Shown here piece after piece: positions 1 through 8,753 of a stretch of 64,000 nt of DNA; the first letter of the stretch is position 1, and each line of letters starts with the position of its first letter. Made by a program: the position numbers and the translations under genes. Origin of the DNA: an uncultured Gammaproteobacteria bacterium (GTDB lineage Bacteria > Pseudomonadota > Gammaproteobacteria > Steroidobacterales > Rariloculaceae); the NCBI GenBank assembly GCA_964553875.1, contig CAZKNH010000004.1, forward strand, positions 5,391-69,390, read 5' to 3'. The notes beneath the pieces were generated by a model, which saw only the letters and a program-made list of their open reading frames with translations, made no database searches and was not told where the DNA came from.

Positions 1-921
1 GGCGATGAAGTCGCCGCCCTGCGTGCCGTCGCCGGACGGAAACGTGCCCGTGAACTCGCCGTCGAGCGCGTTCGCGTCGAGATCGAGGATCGGCGCCGGC
101 GCGTCGCCCGCAAGCCGGACGCGGTACGTGTCGTCGGCGGACGTGACGCCCGCGAGATCCATCACGGCCGATGCAGGGTTGCTCGGCGACACGCCGACGG
201 AGGCAGGCGTCACGACGGTCTCGTTGCCGTCGTCGAACGTGCCGTCGCCGCCGCTTGCCGTCAGCGTGAACGACTGCGCGGTGATCGACGTCGCGTCGAG
301 CTCGCGGTCGAACATCGCGATGATCGACGGCGGCAGCGCGTCGAGCGTCGAATCGGGAAGCGGAGACAGCGACGTCACGCGGAGCGGCGCGCTCGGCGGC
401 GCCGGCGGCGTCGGCGGCTGCGCACCGTCCGTGATCCATTGACGGATCACCGCGATGTCCGCCTGCGGCAGCGGCGCCATGTTGAGCGGCATCCGCGCGC
501 CGACGGCGGCCGTGCCTTCGAGCTTCTGAATCAGGTAGCTGTTGTTCGGGTCGCCCGGCGCGACGCGCAGGATCGACGGCACCTCGGCGCTCGGCACGCC
601 GACGAGCAGGCCGTAGCTGTTCGCTTCGTCGAGCCTGAGCCCCTGCGGCGCGGCCGCACCCGAGTGGCACGTCGTGCAGATCGGCGTGAAGATGTTCTCT
701 TGAATCGACGCGAACGTCGGCTCGAGGACCGGCGGGGTGCCGCCGCCGCCACCGCCGCCGCCGCCACTACCGCCACCGCCGCCGCCTGGCGGCGGCGGGC
801 TGCCTCCGCCTCCGCTGCCCGAGCCGCAGCCGGTCGCGGCGGCGAGCGCGACGGCGAGCAACGAGGCTTCGAGCGCGAGCACGAGACGATGTCGGGTCTT
901 TCCGGCGTTCGAAGGTTTCAT
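1..921 (-). CDS. Lipoprotein with cytochrome-c-type CxxCH domain and Ig-like C-terminal region (C-terminus runs off the window)
   Basis: Absent from the ORF track because there is no stop in the window. My translation of the minus strand from ATG 921..919 gives MKPSNAGKTRHRLVLALEASLLAVALAAATGC (lipobox) and a ~40-aa Gly/Ser/Pro linker. It continues PTFASIQENIFTPICTTCHSGAAAPQGLRLDEANSYGLLVGVPSAEVPSILRVAPGDPNNSYLIQKLEG, a CxxCH heme motif in a Planctomycete-type cytochrome c-like context. I translated codon by codon from 921 down to 481 and checked the last five codons at base 1 (GDFIA). The stretch between was read only approximately and showed no stop. Confidence 0.7.
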   Translation of the reverse strand, partial: MKPSNAGKTRHRLVLALEASLLAVALAAATGCGSGSGGGGSPPPPGGGGGGSGGGGGGGGGTPPVLEPTFASIQENIFTPICTTCHSGAAAPQGLRLDEANSYGLLVGVPSAEVPSILRVAPGDPNNSYLIQKLEGTAAVGARMPLNMAPLPQADIAVIRQWITDGAQPPTPPAPPSAPLRVTSLSPLPDSTLDALPPSIIAMFDRELDATSITAQSFTLTASGGDGTFDDGNETVVTPASVGVSPSNPASAVMDLAGVTSADDTYRVRLAGDAPAPILDLDANALDGEFTGTFPSGDGTQGGDFIA

Positions 922-943
922 CGATGACGGCCTCCTGCATGGC

Positions 944-1666
944 ATGACGGTCGCAGCGCTTGAGTACCGACACGAGCTCGCAAGGTTCAATGGCAGGAAC
1001 CGCCGCGCGGCCGTAGACTTGAACGACCGTGTCTCGATCGGCCAGGCGCTCGTGAGCATCGACCGGCAAGCACATCCGCCCGCTAGCCCGATCTCCGCAT
1101 CGGACGACGACGCGGCGGACGTCGGGCTGCTCGAGCGGATCCGCAGCGGCGATCGCGATGCGCTGCACCAGCTCTACCGCAAGTACTACCAGCCGTTGTT
1201 GCGCTTCACGTACCGTCTCACTGGTCGGCTCGATCTCGCCGAGGAGACGGTCAACGACGTGATGCTCGTCGTGTGGCAGGACGCGGGCGCGTTCGAGGCG
1301 CGCTCGCGAGTCGCGACGTGGATCATGGGTATTGCGTACCGCAAGGCGATGAAGCTCGGCGAGCGCGCGCGGCGCTGGTACAGCCGGTTCGCGGCCGCGG
1401 ATTTCGGCGCGTCGATTGAACGCACGGAGCGCGGCACGGAACTTACGGAGCAGACCGAGCTCGAGGACCTGCTCGAGCAGGCATTACGCGCGCTGCCGGC
1501 CGAGCAGCGCGCGGTCGTCGAGCTGACGTATTACTTCGGCTGCTCGTACGAGGAGATCGCGAGCATCGTGGACTGTCCGGTGAACACGGTGAAGACGCGG
1601 ATGTTCCACGCGCGCGGGAAGCTTCGGGCGCTGCTGCCGAGGCTCGGCCGGGACGAGCTGCGATGA
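944..1666 (+). CDS. ECF-type RNA polymerase sigma-70 family factor
   Basis: Region 2-like LHQLYRKYYQPLLRFTYRLTG..AEETVNDVMLVVWQDAGAFE..ATWIMGIAYRKAM. Region 4 HTH ALPAEQRAVVELTYYFGCSYEEIASIVDCPVNTVKTRMFHARGKL. The poly-Pro start of the track ORF (737) is the shadow of the opposite-strand Gly linker. Start is ATG 944 or, more typical in length (~204 aa), GTG 1052. Confidence 0.85.
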   Translation: MTVAALEYRHELARFNGRNRRAAVDLNDRVSIGQALVSIDRQAHPPASPISASDDDAADVGLLERIRSGDRDALHQLYRKYYQPLLRFTYRLTGRLDLAEETVNDVMLVVWQDAGAFEARSRVATWIMGIAYRKAMKLGERARRWYSRFAAADFGASIERTERGTELTEQTELEDLLEQALRALPAEQRAVVELTYYFGCSYEEIASIVDCPVNTVKTRMFHARGKLRALLPRLGRDELR

Positions 1667-2310
1667 CCGGGCACGCGTCCGAGCACGAGTACGCCATGGA
1701 GCTTTTGCCCTGGCTCGTGAACGGCACGCTCGCGGGCGACGAGCGCGAGCGCGTCGAACGGCACATCAAACAGTGCTTGACGTGCCGGACCGAGCTCGCG
1801 GAGCAGACGCGGCTCGAGTCGCTCGTTCGACGTCAGCCCGTCGTGCCGCTCGCCGCCGATGCGAGCTTCGAGCGGCTGCGGAGCCGTCTCGACAAGGCGT
1901 CGCGGTCACGCGCGCCGCGCCGGACGATGTGGGCGGTCGCCGCGTCCGCCACCATCGCCGTCGCGGTCGGACTGGTCATGGCGGTAGGGCTCATCGACAT
2001 GGAGCGCGAGCGCGGCTACGGCGCGTACCGGACGTTGTCCGATGCCGCGGGTCCGGGGCCGCTGATCGACGTGATCTTCGCCGACGGCGTACGCGAGGCC
2101 GAGATGCGCGCGCTGCTCGACGAGCTCGGTGCCGAGATCGTCTCTGGGCCGAGTCGAAGCCTCGGCCGCTATACGCTGCGGCTTCCGGCGTCGGCGGACA
2201 CCGACACGGTTGTGCGCCGGCTGTCCGACGACACGCGCATCCGTTTCGCCGGACCGACGTTCGCGCCGCCGCCCGACGGAGCGCCGGCGCACGGGGAGGC
2301 CGATCGATGA
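1663..2310 (+). CDS. Anti-sigma factor: zf-HC2 zinc finger, single TM helix, small periplasmic domain
   Basis: ATGA overlap with the sigma stop (1663-1666). Hx3Cx2C motif in VERHIKQCLTCRTEL. TM helix WAVAASATIAVAVGLVMAVGLI. About 95 aa of C-terminal extracytoplasmic domain. Confidence 0.75.
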   Translation: MTGHASEHEYAMELLPWLVNGTLAGDERERVERHIKQCLTCRTELAEQTRLESLVRRQPVVPLAADASFERLRSRLDKASRSRAPRRTMWAVAASATIAVAVGLVMAVGLIDMERERGYGAYRTLSDAAGPGPLIDVIFADGVREAEMRALLDELGAEIVSGPSRSLGRYTLRLPASADTDTVVRRLSDDTRIRFAGPTFAPPPDGAPAHGEADR

Positions 2311-3587
2311 CGCGCGTGCTCGCCGCCGTTGCTCTCATCGTCCTCGCGGGCTGCGCGACGATCGATGCGCCCGTTGCATCGCGCGGCGCGCTCGAGCGCG
2401 AGGTGCTGCTCACGGTCGCGCAGCCTGAGACGAGTGCGATCAATCTGACCGGGCCTCTCGACTCGCGCTACCTGCGAAGGCGCGGCTACGGCGCGCCGCC
2501 GCCCGACGTCGATCGGATCCTCGACCAGCTCGCGAAGGAGCACGGCATCAGGCGCAAGGACGGCTGGCCGATTCGTTCGCTCGACGTCTACTGCGAGGTC
2601 TTCGTCGTGCCGGAGGACCGCGACATCGACGCGGTTCTCGAGCGGCTGAGCGCCGATCCGCGCGTCGAGCTCGCGCAGCCGATGCAACTGTTCCGAACGC
2701 TCGGCAGCCGTTACGACGACCCGTACGCGGATCTGCTGCCGGCCGCGCGCGAGCTCGGCGTCGAGGACGCGCATACGCTCGCGACCGGTAAAGGCGTGCG
2801 GGTCGCGGTGATCGACTCCGGCGTCGACGCGAAGCACCCGGAGCTCGAGGGTCGGGTCGGCTTCTCGCGAGACGTCGTCGATCCGCGCGGGCGCCGCAGC
2901 GCCGCCGAGGTGCACGGCACCGCCGTCGCGGGCGTCATTGCATCGGCCGCGAACAACCGGCAGGGCATCTTCGGCGTCGCGCCCGACGTCGAGATCGTCG
3001 CGCTGCGCGCGTGCTGGAGCACGCCGGCCGATCCGGCAGGCGCGCTCTGCTCGAGCTTCACGCTCGCCCAGGCCCTCGAGATCGCGATCGATGCCCGTGC
3101 GGACGTGATCAACCTGAGCCTTGCGGGTCCGGCCGACCCGCTGCTCGAGCGGCTCGTGACCGAGGCCGTGAGGCGCGGTGCCGTCGTCGTCGCGGCGGAG
3201 TCGCCGGACGCGTCCGACGGCGCGGTATTTCCCGCGTCGGCGCCGGGCGTGCTCGTCGCGCTGCCGTCGAGCGCGGCCGACCGCGCGCGGCCGTTCGGGC
3301 TGCCGGCGCCGGCGGACGAGATCCTGACGACGACGCCGGGCGGCGGCTACGCGATTTTCTCCGGCACGAGTCTCGCCGCCGCGCATCTCACGGGCGTCGT
3401 CGCGCTCTTGCGCGAGCGCTCGCCCGGCATCGAGACACTGCGTGTCGCGGAGCTCTTGCGGCAATCCGTCGTGCCGCGCGCGGACGGGATGACCGTGAAC
3501 GCGTGCTATGCGGTCGAGGCGCTCGCGGACGTCCGGGTTTGCGGCGTGCCGGTCGCGGCGGCGGTTCAGCGCGAGCGGAAGCCGTAG
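2307..3587 (+). CDS. S8 family (subtilisin-like) serine peptidase, lipoprotein
   Basis: ATG 2307 overlaps the anti-sigma stop (ATGA). Signal/lipobox MTRVLAAVALIVLAGC. Catalytic motifs VAVIDSGVDAKHPEL (Asp), HGTAVAGVIAS (His), NLSLAG (oxyanion Asn), SGTSLAAAHLTGVVALL (Ser). N-terminal pro-region of ~120 aa. The upstream 178 codons of the track ORF are an out-of-frame overlap with the anti-sigma gene. Confidence 0.85.
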   Translation: MTRVLAAVALIVLAGCATIDAPVASRGALEREVLLTVAQPETSAINLTGPLDSRYLRRRGYGAPPPDVDRILDQLAKEHGIRRKDGWPIRSLDVYCEVFVVPEDRDIDAVLERLSADPRVELAQPMQLFRTLGSRYDDPYADLLPAARELGVEDAHTLATGKGVRVAVIDSGVDAKHPELEGRVGFSRDVVDPRGRRSAAEVHGTAVAGVIASAANNRQGIFGVAPDVEIVALRACWSTPADPAGALCSSFTLAQALEIAIDARADVINLSLAGPADPLLERLVTEAVRRGAVVVAAESPDASDGAVFPASAPGVLVALPSSAADRARPFGLPAPADEILTTTPGGGYAIFSGTSLAAAHLTGVVALLRERSPGIETLRVAELLRQSVVPRADGMTVNACYAVEALADVRVCGVPVAAAVQRERKP

Positions 3588-4321
3588 GATGCGCTGACGA
3601 CCCAGGCGTCCGCCGCCGTCGTCGCGACGGCGTTCGACAGGTAACGGCTGCCGTCGTGGTAGCGCAGATCGATACCGAGCCGCCGCGCGAACGTCTTCGA
3701 CAGCCCGACGTTCCAGTGCGTGTACTCGAGCTGCGGCGAGGACGACGTGACGCGCCCGAGCGTCGCGCCGAGCTCGAGGCCGTGAGGTAACGGGAGCGCG
3801 GTGCCGACCTCGCTGTAGAACGCCGACGCGCCGCGCCCGAAGAGATCGTCGATATACGCGGCCGTCACGAAGATGCGATCCCTGAACCCGGCCGTCGCGG
3901 ACAGCTCGTTGTAATCGTAGTCGTACGCGAGACCGGGATACGTGTAGCGGACGGCGGTCGCCGCCCATGACCAGCGCGAGATCCGCTTGCTGATGCCGAG
4001 GTAGTAGCCGACCTTGAAGCGCGTCGACGACGAGTGCGCCGGATGCGCATAGTCGATCCGCGCGGCCCAGGTGCCAGCGAAGAGGCCGTTGGCGTGCTGA
4101 TAGTCCGCGCCGAGCTGCAGCGACGGGCCGCCGCTGCTTTCGCTCAAGCCCCGATGGCGGTAGTCGCTTGCGACGGTGACGTATCCGCTGACGATAGGCT
4201 CCGGCACCTGCGCGGAGAGCGGCGTCGTCAGCACGCAAAGCGCGGCCGCGACGACGACGCGGGCGGGACCCGAGCGGCACGGGGCGCGGCGCTGCACGTC
4301 GAGGCGCTTCGGCTCGGGCAT
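3566..4321 (-). CDS. Outer membrane beta-barrel protein (TIGR02001-like family)
   Basis: Signal peptide ending LSAQVPEP. VTVASDYRHRGLSESSGGPSLQLGADYQHANGLFAGTWAARID matches the pattern I recall for the proteobacterial TIGR02001 OMP family. Alternating beta-strand composition. Confidence 0.6.
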   Translation of the reverse strand: MPEPKRLDVQRRAPCRSGPARVVVAAALCVLTTPLSAQVPEPIVSGYVTVASDYRHRGLSESSGGPSLQLGADYQHANGLFAGTWAARIDYAHPAHSSSTRFKVGYYLGISKRISRWSWAATAVRYTYPGLAYDYDYNELSATAGFRDRIFVTAAYIDDLFGRGASAFYSEVGTALPLPHGLELGATLGRVTSSSPQLEYTHWNVGLSKTFARRLGIDLRYHDGSRYLSNAVATTAADAWVVSASYGFRSR

Positions 4322-4343
4322 GGCGAGTCCGTTCGGTTCGTGT

Positions 4344-5078
4344 TCAGAGCGAGCGTACGTCGGATCGAAGATCCGATCGTATGTCCGATCCCGCCGCGTC
4401 GTCGAGCCACACGTCGGCTCCTGTCGCGGGCACGACCGCGCTCGCGGGGATCTCCGGGTCGAGCCGGGCGAGGCGCGCGACCGCGTCGCGTTTGTGCGCG
4501 CCGGTGACGAGGAATACGACCTCGCGCGAAGCCTTGAGACGCCGCGCGCTCAGGCTGACCCTTTCGGGCGGCGGCTTCGGCGACCCGTGCACCGGGATCG
4601 CATCGGGCGCGTCCTTGGCGAGCCCTTCGCGCCGGCCCGGGAACAGGCTCGCCGTATGCCCGTCCTCGCCGAGACCGAGCAGCGTCGTGTCGAACGGGCC
4701 GACGCCTTCGAGCACTCGGGAATATTGGGCCGCGGCCCGCTCGGGGCCGAGCTCTCCGGGGATCGCGTGAACGTTCTCCGGCGGGATCGGCACGTGGTCG
4801 AGCCACTCGGCGCGCGCCATCGCGTCGATCCGCTCGCGATCGCCCGCCGGCACGCAGCGCTCGTCGCCGAAGTAGACGTGCCAGGCCGACCAGTCCATGT
4901 CGATCGCCGCGAGCCGCCGATACAGGAGGCGCGGTGTCTCGCCGCCCGTCAGCACGATCAGATAACGGCCGCGCTTCATCAGACACTCCTCGGCGCGGAT
5001 CGCGAGCGCGGCGGCGAGGCCCTCGGCGAGCCGTTCAGGGTCGGGGTAGAGGTGCCAGCGCAGCGCAGGGGACGTCAT
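4344..5078 (-). CDS. pgl: 6-phosphogluconolactonase
   Basis: [70 protein letters not shown] 5078 overlaps the zwf stop (ATGA). The longer track ORF (to 5450) is an upstream extension overlapping zwf. Confidence 0.85.
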   Translation of the reverse strand: MTSPALRWHLYPDPERLAEGLAAALAIRAEECLMKRGRYLIVLTGGETPRLLYRRLAAIDMDWSAWHVYFGDERCVPAGDRERIDAMARAEWLDHVPIPPENVHAIPGELGPERAAAQYSRVLEGVGPFDTTLLGLGEDGHTASLFPGRREGLAKDAPDAIPVHGSPKPPPERVSLSARRLKASREVVFLVTGAHKRDAVARLARLDPEIPASAVVPATGADVWLDDAAGSDIRSDLRSDVRSL

Positions 5079-6550
5079 CCGGGTCTCCGCCAGGCCTGAT
5101 GCGGCCGCTCGAACAGTGCGTTCGCTTCGGCGGGTCCCCACGTGCCGGCCGCGTACTCGGCGAGCGGCGCGTCCGGCATCCGCCAGCGCTCGAGCACCGG
5201 CTCGACGACGCGCCACGCGGTCTCGACCTCGTCGAAGCGGATGAAGAGCGTTCTGTCGCCTTTGATCACGTCGAGCAGGAGCGTCGCGTACGGCCCCAGC
5301 CGGCGCTCGTGCGCATCGCGCGGCCGCGTGTCGAAATGCATCGTGCGCGGCGTCATCTCGAAGCCCGGCGCTCGGGTCACGAGCTCGAAGCCGAGCGTAT
5401 CCTCGGGCTCGAGGCCGAGCATCAGCCAGTTCGGTGCAGGCTCGGCGCAAGGCGTGGAGCGAAAGAGCTGCACCGGCGCATCGCGGAAGCGGATCGCGAC
5501 CTGCGACACGTCGGCCGCGAGCCGCTTGCCGGTCTCGAGATAGAACGGGACGCCGCGCCAGCGCCAGTTGTCGACGAAGAGCTTCATCGCGACATACGTT
5601 TCGGTCGTCGAGCCGCGCGGCACGCCGTCTTCGTCGAGGTAGCCCGGCACCCGGTCGCCGTCGATCTCACCCGCGGTGTAGCGCGCGCGGAGGGCATGCG
5701 CATCGACGGACTCGACCGTGAGCGGCCGGATCGAGCGCAGGACTTTTTCCTTCTCCGTGCGCAAGTCGTCCGCGCGGAGCGTTGCGGGCGGCTCCATGCC
5801 GACGACAGCGAGCACCTGCAGCAGATGGTTCTGGACCATGTCGCGCAGTGTGCCGGCGCGGTCGAAATAGCCCGCCCGGCCGCCAATGCCGAGCGTCTCG
5901 GCGAACGTGATCTGCACGTGGTCGATGTGATGCCGGTTCCAAAGCGGCTCGATCACTGCGTTTGCGAAGCGGAACACGAGCAGGTTCTGCACGGTTTCCT
6001 TGCCAAGGAAGTGATCGATTCGGTAGATCCGTTCCTCGGCGAAGTAACGGTGGAGCGCGTCGTTCAACGCGCGTGCGCTCGCGAGGTCGTGGCCGAACGG
6101 CTTCTCGACGACGATGCGGTTGCCGCTCTTCCCTCGGGTCAGGCCCGCATCGTCGAGCCTGCTCACGATCAGCGCGAAGTCGTCGGGCGGCACGGCGAGG
6201 TAGAACGCGACGTTCTCGCAGCCGTCCGAGCTCGAGTCACGCAGCGTGCGCGCGAGCCGCGCGTAGGTCTCCGGGTCGCCGTGCTCGCCGCGCACGAATC
6301 GGAAGCGTCTCGCGAAGCGCTCGAACGAGTCGGGGTCGGCGTCTGCGCGCCGCTCCGACAGCTCGTTGCGGAGATACTTGCGGAACGCGTCGTCGTCCCA
6401 TTCGCGGCGTCCGACGCCGACGAAGTAGAGCGCCTCGTCGAGCAATCCGCGGCAGTCGAGGTCGTACAGCGACGGCAAGAGCTTCCGCCGCGAGAGGTCG
6501 CCCGTCACGCCGAAGATCACGAAGCGGCACGGCGGATCCTGCGCGCTCAT
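5075..6550 (-). CDS. zwf: Glucose-6-phosphate 1-dehydrogenase
   Basis: [22 protein letters not shown] (NADP-binding) and [16 protein letters not shown] (Zwf active-site signature). 491 aa from ATG 6550, which overlaps the gnd stop (ATGA). Confidence 0.9.
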   Translation of the reverse strand: MSAQDPPCRFVIFGVTGDLSRRKLLPSLYDLDCRGLLDEALYFVGVGRREWDDDAFRKYLRNELSERRADADPDSFERFARRFRFVRGEHGDPETYARLARTLRDSSSDGCENVAFYLAVPPDDFALIVSRLDDAGLTRGKSGNRIVVEKPFGHDLASARALNDALHRYFAEERIYRIDHFLGKETVQNLLVFRFANAVIEPLWNRHHIDHVQITFAETLGIGGRAGYFDRAGTLRDMVQNHLLQVLAVVGMEPPATLRADDLRTEKEKVLRSIRPLTVESVDAHALRARYTAGEIDGDRVPGYLDEDGVPRGSTTETYVAMKLFVDNWRWRGVPFYLETGKRLAADVSQVAIRFRDAPVQLFRSTPCAEPAPNWLMLGLEPEDTLGFELVTRAPGFEMTPRTMHFDTRPRDAHERRLGPYATLLLDVIKGDRTLFIRFDEVETAWRVVEPVLERWRMPDAPLAEYAAGTWGPAEANALFERPHQAWRRPG

Positions 6551-7503
6551 GTGACGTCCTCGCCGCGGACGGCGTGTCCGCCGAAGCGGTTCCTGAGCAT
6601 GGCGAGAAGCTTCGAGCCGAAGTCGAGCCCGCCCTGGCTCGCGAAACGCATCATCAGCGCGGTGCTGATGACCGGCGCCGGCACGCCGCGCTCGATCGAC
6701 TCGATCGCCGCCCAGCGGCCCTCGCCCGAATCGGCTACGTACGGTGCGGCGCGCTCGAGTCCCGCGTGGTCGCGTAGCACGTCGGCCGCGAGATCGAGCA
6801 GCCAGCTCCGGACGACACTGCCGTGGCGCCACATCTCGGCGATCGCCGCCAGATCGAGGTCGAAATCCGTCCGCGACGCGAGCAGCGCGAAGCCTTCGGC
6901 GTACGCCTGCATCATTCCGTACTCGATGCCGTTGTGGACCATCTTCACGAAATGCCCGCTGCCCGTGGCGCCGCAGCGGAGCCAGCCTCGGTCCGGGGCC
7001 GGCGCGAGCGCGCGGAGCGCGGGCTCGATCGCGTCGATCGCGGCCTTGGGTCCGCCGACCATCAGCGCATAGCCTTCGTCGAGGCCCCAGATGCCGCCCG
7101 ACACGCCGGCGTCGACGAACGCGATGTTCCGCTCGCCGAGATACGCGCCGTGCGCGATCGAGTCGCGGTAGTGCGAGTTCGCGCCGTCGACGACGATGTC
7201 GCCGGCCTCGAGCCGGTCGCGGAGCGCGACGACGTGCTCGTGCGTCACGCTTCCTGCCGGGAGCATCAGCCAGACGATTCGCGGAGCAGGCAGGGCGTCG
7301 ACGAGCGCGTCGAGCGATTCGGCCGGGATCAGCCCGCACTCGCGCGCGAGCGCCTCGACGACGTCACGGTTACGGTTGAGGCCGACCACCTCGATCGACG
7401 CGCGCCGCAGGCGACGCGCCATATTGCCGCCCATGCGGCCGAGCCCGATGAGTCCCAAACGCACGCTCGCCTCCGGTTCGACGCGGATGCCGACTCGAGG
7501 CAA
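6547..7503 (-). CDS. gnd: 6-phosphogluconate dehydrogenase, decarboxylating (short ~300-aa form)
   Basis: [17 protein letters not shown] Rossmann motif, [48 protein letters not shown]. The true start may be GTG 7464 (VRLGLIGLG). Confidence 0.8.
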   Translation of the reverse strand: MPRVGIRVEPEASVRLGLIGLGRMGGNMARRLRRASIEVVGLNRNRDVVEALARECGLIPAESLDALVDALPAPRIVWLMLPAGSVTHEHVVALRDRLEAGDIVVDGANSHYRDSIAHGAYLGERNIAFVDAGVSGGIWGLDEGYALMVGGPKAAIDAIEPALRALAPAPDRGWLRCGATGSGHFVKMVHNGIEYGMMQAYAEGFALLASRTDFDLDLAAIAEMWRHGSVVRSWLLDLAADVLRDHAGLERAAPYVADSGEGRWAAIESIERGVPAPVISTALMMRFASQGGLDFGSKLLAMLRNRFGGHAVRGEDVT

Positions 7504-7525
7504 GGAGCGTGCCAGTGTCGCGGGA

Positions 7526-8752
7526 TCAGCGGAGTCCGAGTGACGGCTCGAGCTGCGCGACGCGCCGCCCGCCGGCCGCGGCCGCGATCGACGACGCGAC
7601 GAGCGTGAGGAGCAGCGCGAGCGCGAGGTGCGGCGCGCGTATCCGGCAGACCGGCTCGCCGCCGCCGATGCTGTCCGCGAAGAGCCCGTTCAGGATGCCT
7701 TGCACGATGAAGTACGCGACGCACGCGAGGAGCCAGGCGAGCACGGCCGTGAACGCGGCCTGCAGGATCGGGAACCAAACGATGTCGCGGGTGCGGAAGC
7801 CCGTGAGCCTGAGCACGCTGAACTCGCGCCGCTTGCGGTCGACGTTCGCCCAGACGCTGGTCGCGAACGACAGGCAGTAGCCCGCGATCGCCATCGTCGC
7901 GATGATCCAGTACACGATGCCGAGATTGCGGTCGAGCGTCTGCACGAGCGAGATGTCCGCGATGCTCGTTCGCACGTCGACGTTCTGCGCGAGCATCTCC
8001 GCACGCAACGTCGCGACGTCGTCGAGCCCGCGCGCGTACATCCGAAAGCCCGCGAACGCACGATCCGCGGGCCGGGGCGCCGTGCCTTCCCAGTCGAGGT
8101 CGGGGACCGCGCGTCCGTCGAGAAAATCCTCGATCGCGACGAGGAGCTCCGTCGAGACGAACACGCCGTCGCGGCCGAACGCCGCCGGCGGCGTGACGCC
8201 GGCGACGTCGAGCGGCAAGAGCTTCGTCTCGACCTCGCCCTGCCGCGTGCGCGAGACGATGCCTTCGACCCGCGTGCCGGCGCCGGCGCCGAGCCGCTCC
8301 GCGACGCTCGTCGAAAGGAGCACCTGGCCGTAGCCCTTCGGCGGCTCGAGCCCTTCGCCGAGCACGGGGTCGCCCGGGCCGGACGGGATCAGCTCGACGT
8401 CGACGATGCGGCCGACCGCGCTGTCCGGCACGCGCAGGCGGATCGACGCGGCGAGCGAGCGCGTCCTCGGCACGACGAACGCGACGTCGTCGCGCGCGCG
8501 CATCGTGTCGAACCACTCGGGCGTGTAGCGGCCGCTCGTGACCGGTGCGATCTCGCGGTAGCGCGGGTTCTCGATCAGCGGATCGAGCAGGTTCGTGATG
8601 ATGCCGTAGCGCAGACCGAACAGGACGAGCAGCGGGATCAGCACGGCCGCGAGCGCGAGCACGGAGCAGCCGGACAGCACCCACTCGTGACGATAGTCGT
8701 CGAGCGCGAGCCGGGCGACGAGCCGCATCCTGCCGTTCGATCGTGCGGCCAT
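7526..8752 (-). CDS. ABC transporter permease, FtsX/MacB-type: TM1, ~230-aa periplasmic domain, TM2-4
   Basis: N-terminal TM VLSGCSVLALAAVLIPLLVLFGL, a large hydrophilic loop, then three C-terminal TM helices. FtsX-like segment REFSVLRLTGFRTRDIVWFPILQAAFTAVLAWLL. Confidence 0.8.
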   Translation of the reverse strand: MAARSNGRMRLVARLALDDYRHEWVLSGCSVLALAAVLIPLLVLFGLRYGIITNLLDPLIENPRYREIAPVTSGRYTPEWFDTMRARDDVAFVVPRTRSLAASIRLRVPDSAVGRIVDVELIPSGPGDPVLGEGLEPPKGYGQVLLSTSVAERLGAGAGTRVEGIVSRTRQGEVETKLLPLDVAGVTPPAAFGRDGVFVSTELLVAIEDFLDGRAVPDLDWEGTAPRPADRAFAGFRMYARGLDDVATLRAEMLAQNVDVRTSIADISLVQTLDRNLGIVYWIIATMAIAGYCLSFATSVWANVDRKRREFSVLRLTGFRTRDIVWFPILQAAFTAVLAWLLACVAYFIVQGILNGLFADSIGGGEPVCRIRAPHLALALLLTLVASSIAAAAGGRRVAQLEPSLGLR

Positions 8753-8753
8753 C

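Noticed and set aside
737-800. GCC/GGC trinucleotide-rich tract that looks like a tandem repeat
   Set aside because: It is the in-frame Gly/Ser/Pro linker of the lipoprotein gene. It is not a regular repeat array and not CRISPR-like.
5-927. Plus-strand ORFs 5-442 and 439-927, and the poly-Pro N-terminus of ORF 737-1666
   Set aside because: They are shadows of the minus-strand CxxCH lipoprotein. The poly-Pro run is the complement of its Gly-rich linker.
996-1041. GGAAC motif (996-1000) as an autoregulated ECF -35 element upstream of the sigma gene
   Set aside because: The nearest CGT-type -10 element is only 11 nt downstream instead of about 16-17 nt. A TTGAAC at 1019-1024 has no matching -10. 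There is not enough support to call a promoter.
2169-4280. 703-aa minus-strand ORF
   Set aside because: Arg/Ala-rich low-complexity translation. It is antisense to the well-supported S8 protease and out of frame with the OMP gene, a typical high-GC shadow ORF.
4934-7072. 712-aa plus-strand ORF
   Set aside because: Antisense to zwf and pgl, which have unmistakable signatures. No recognisable motifs.
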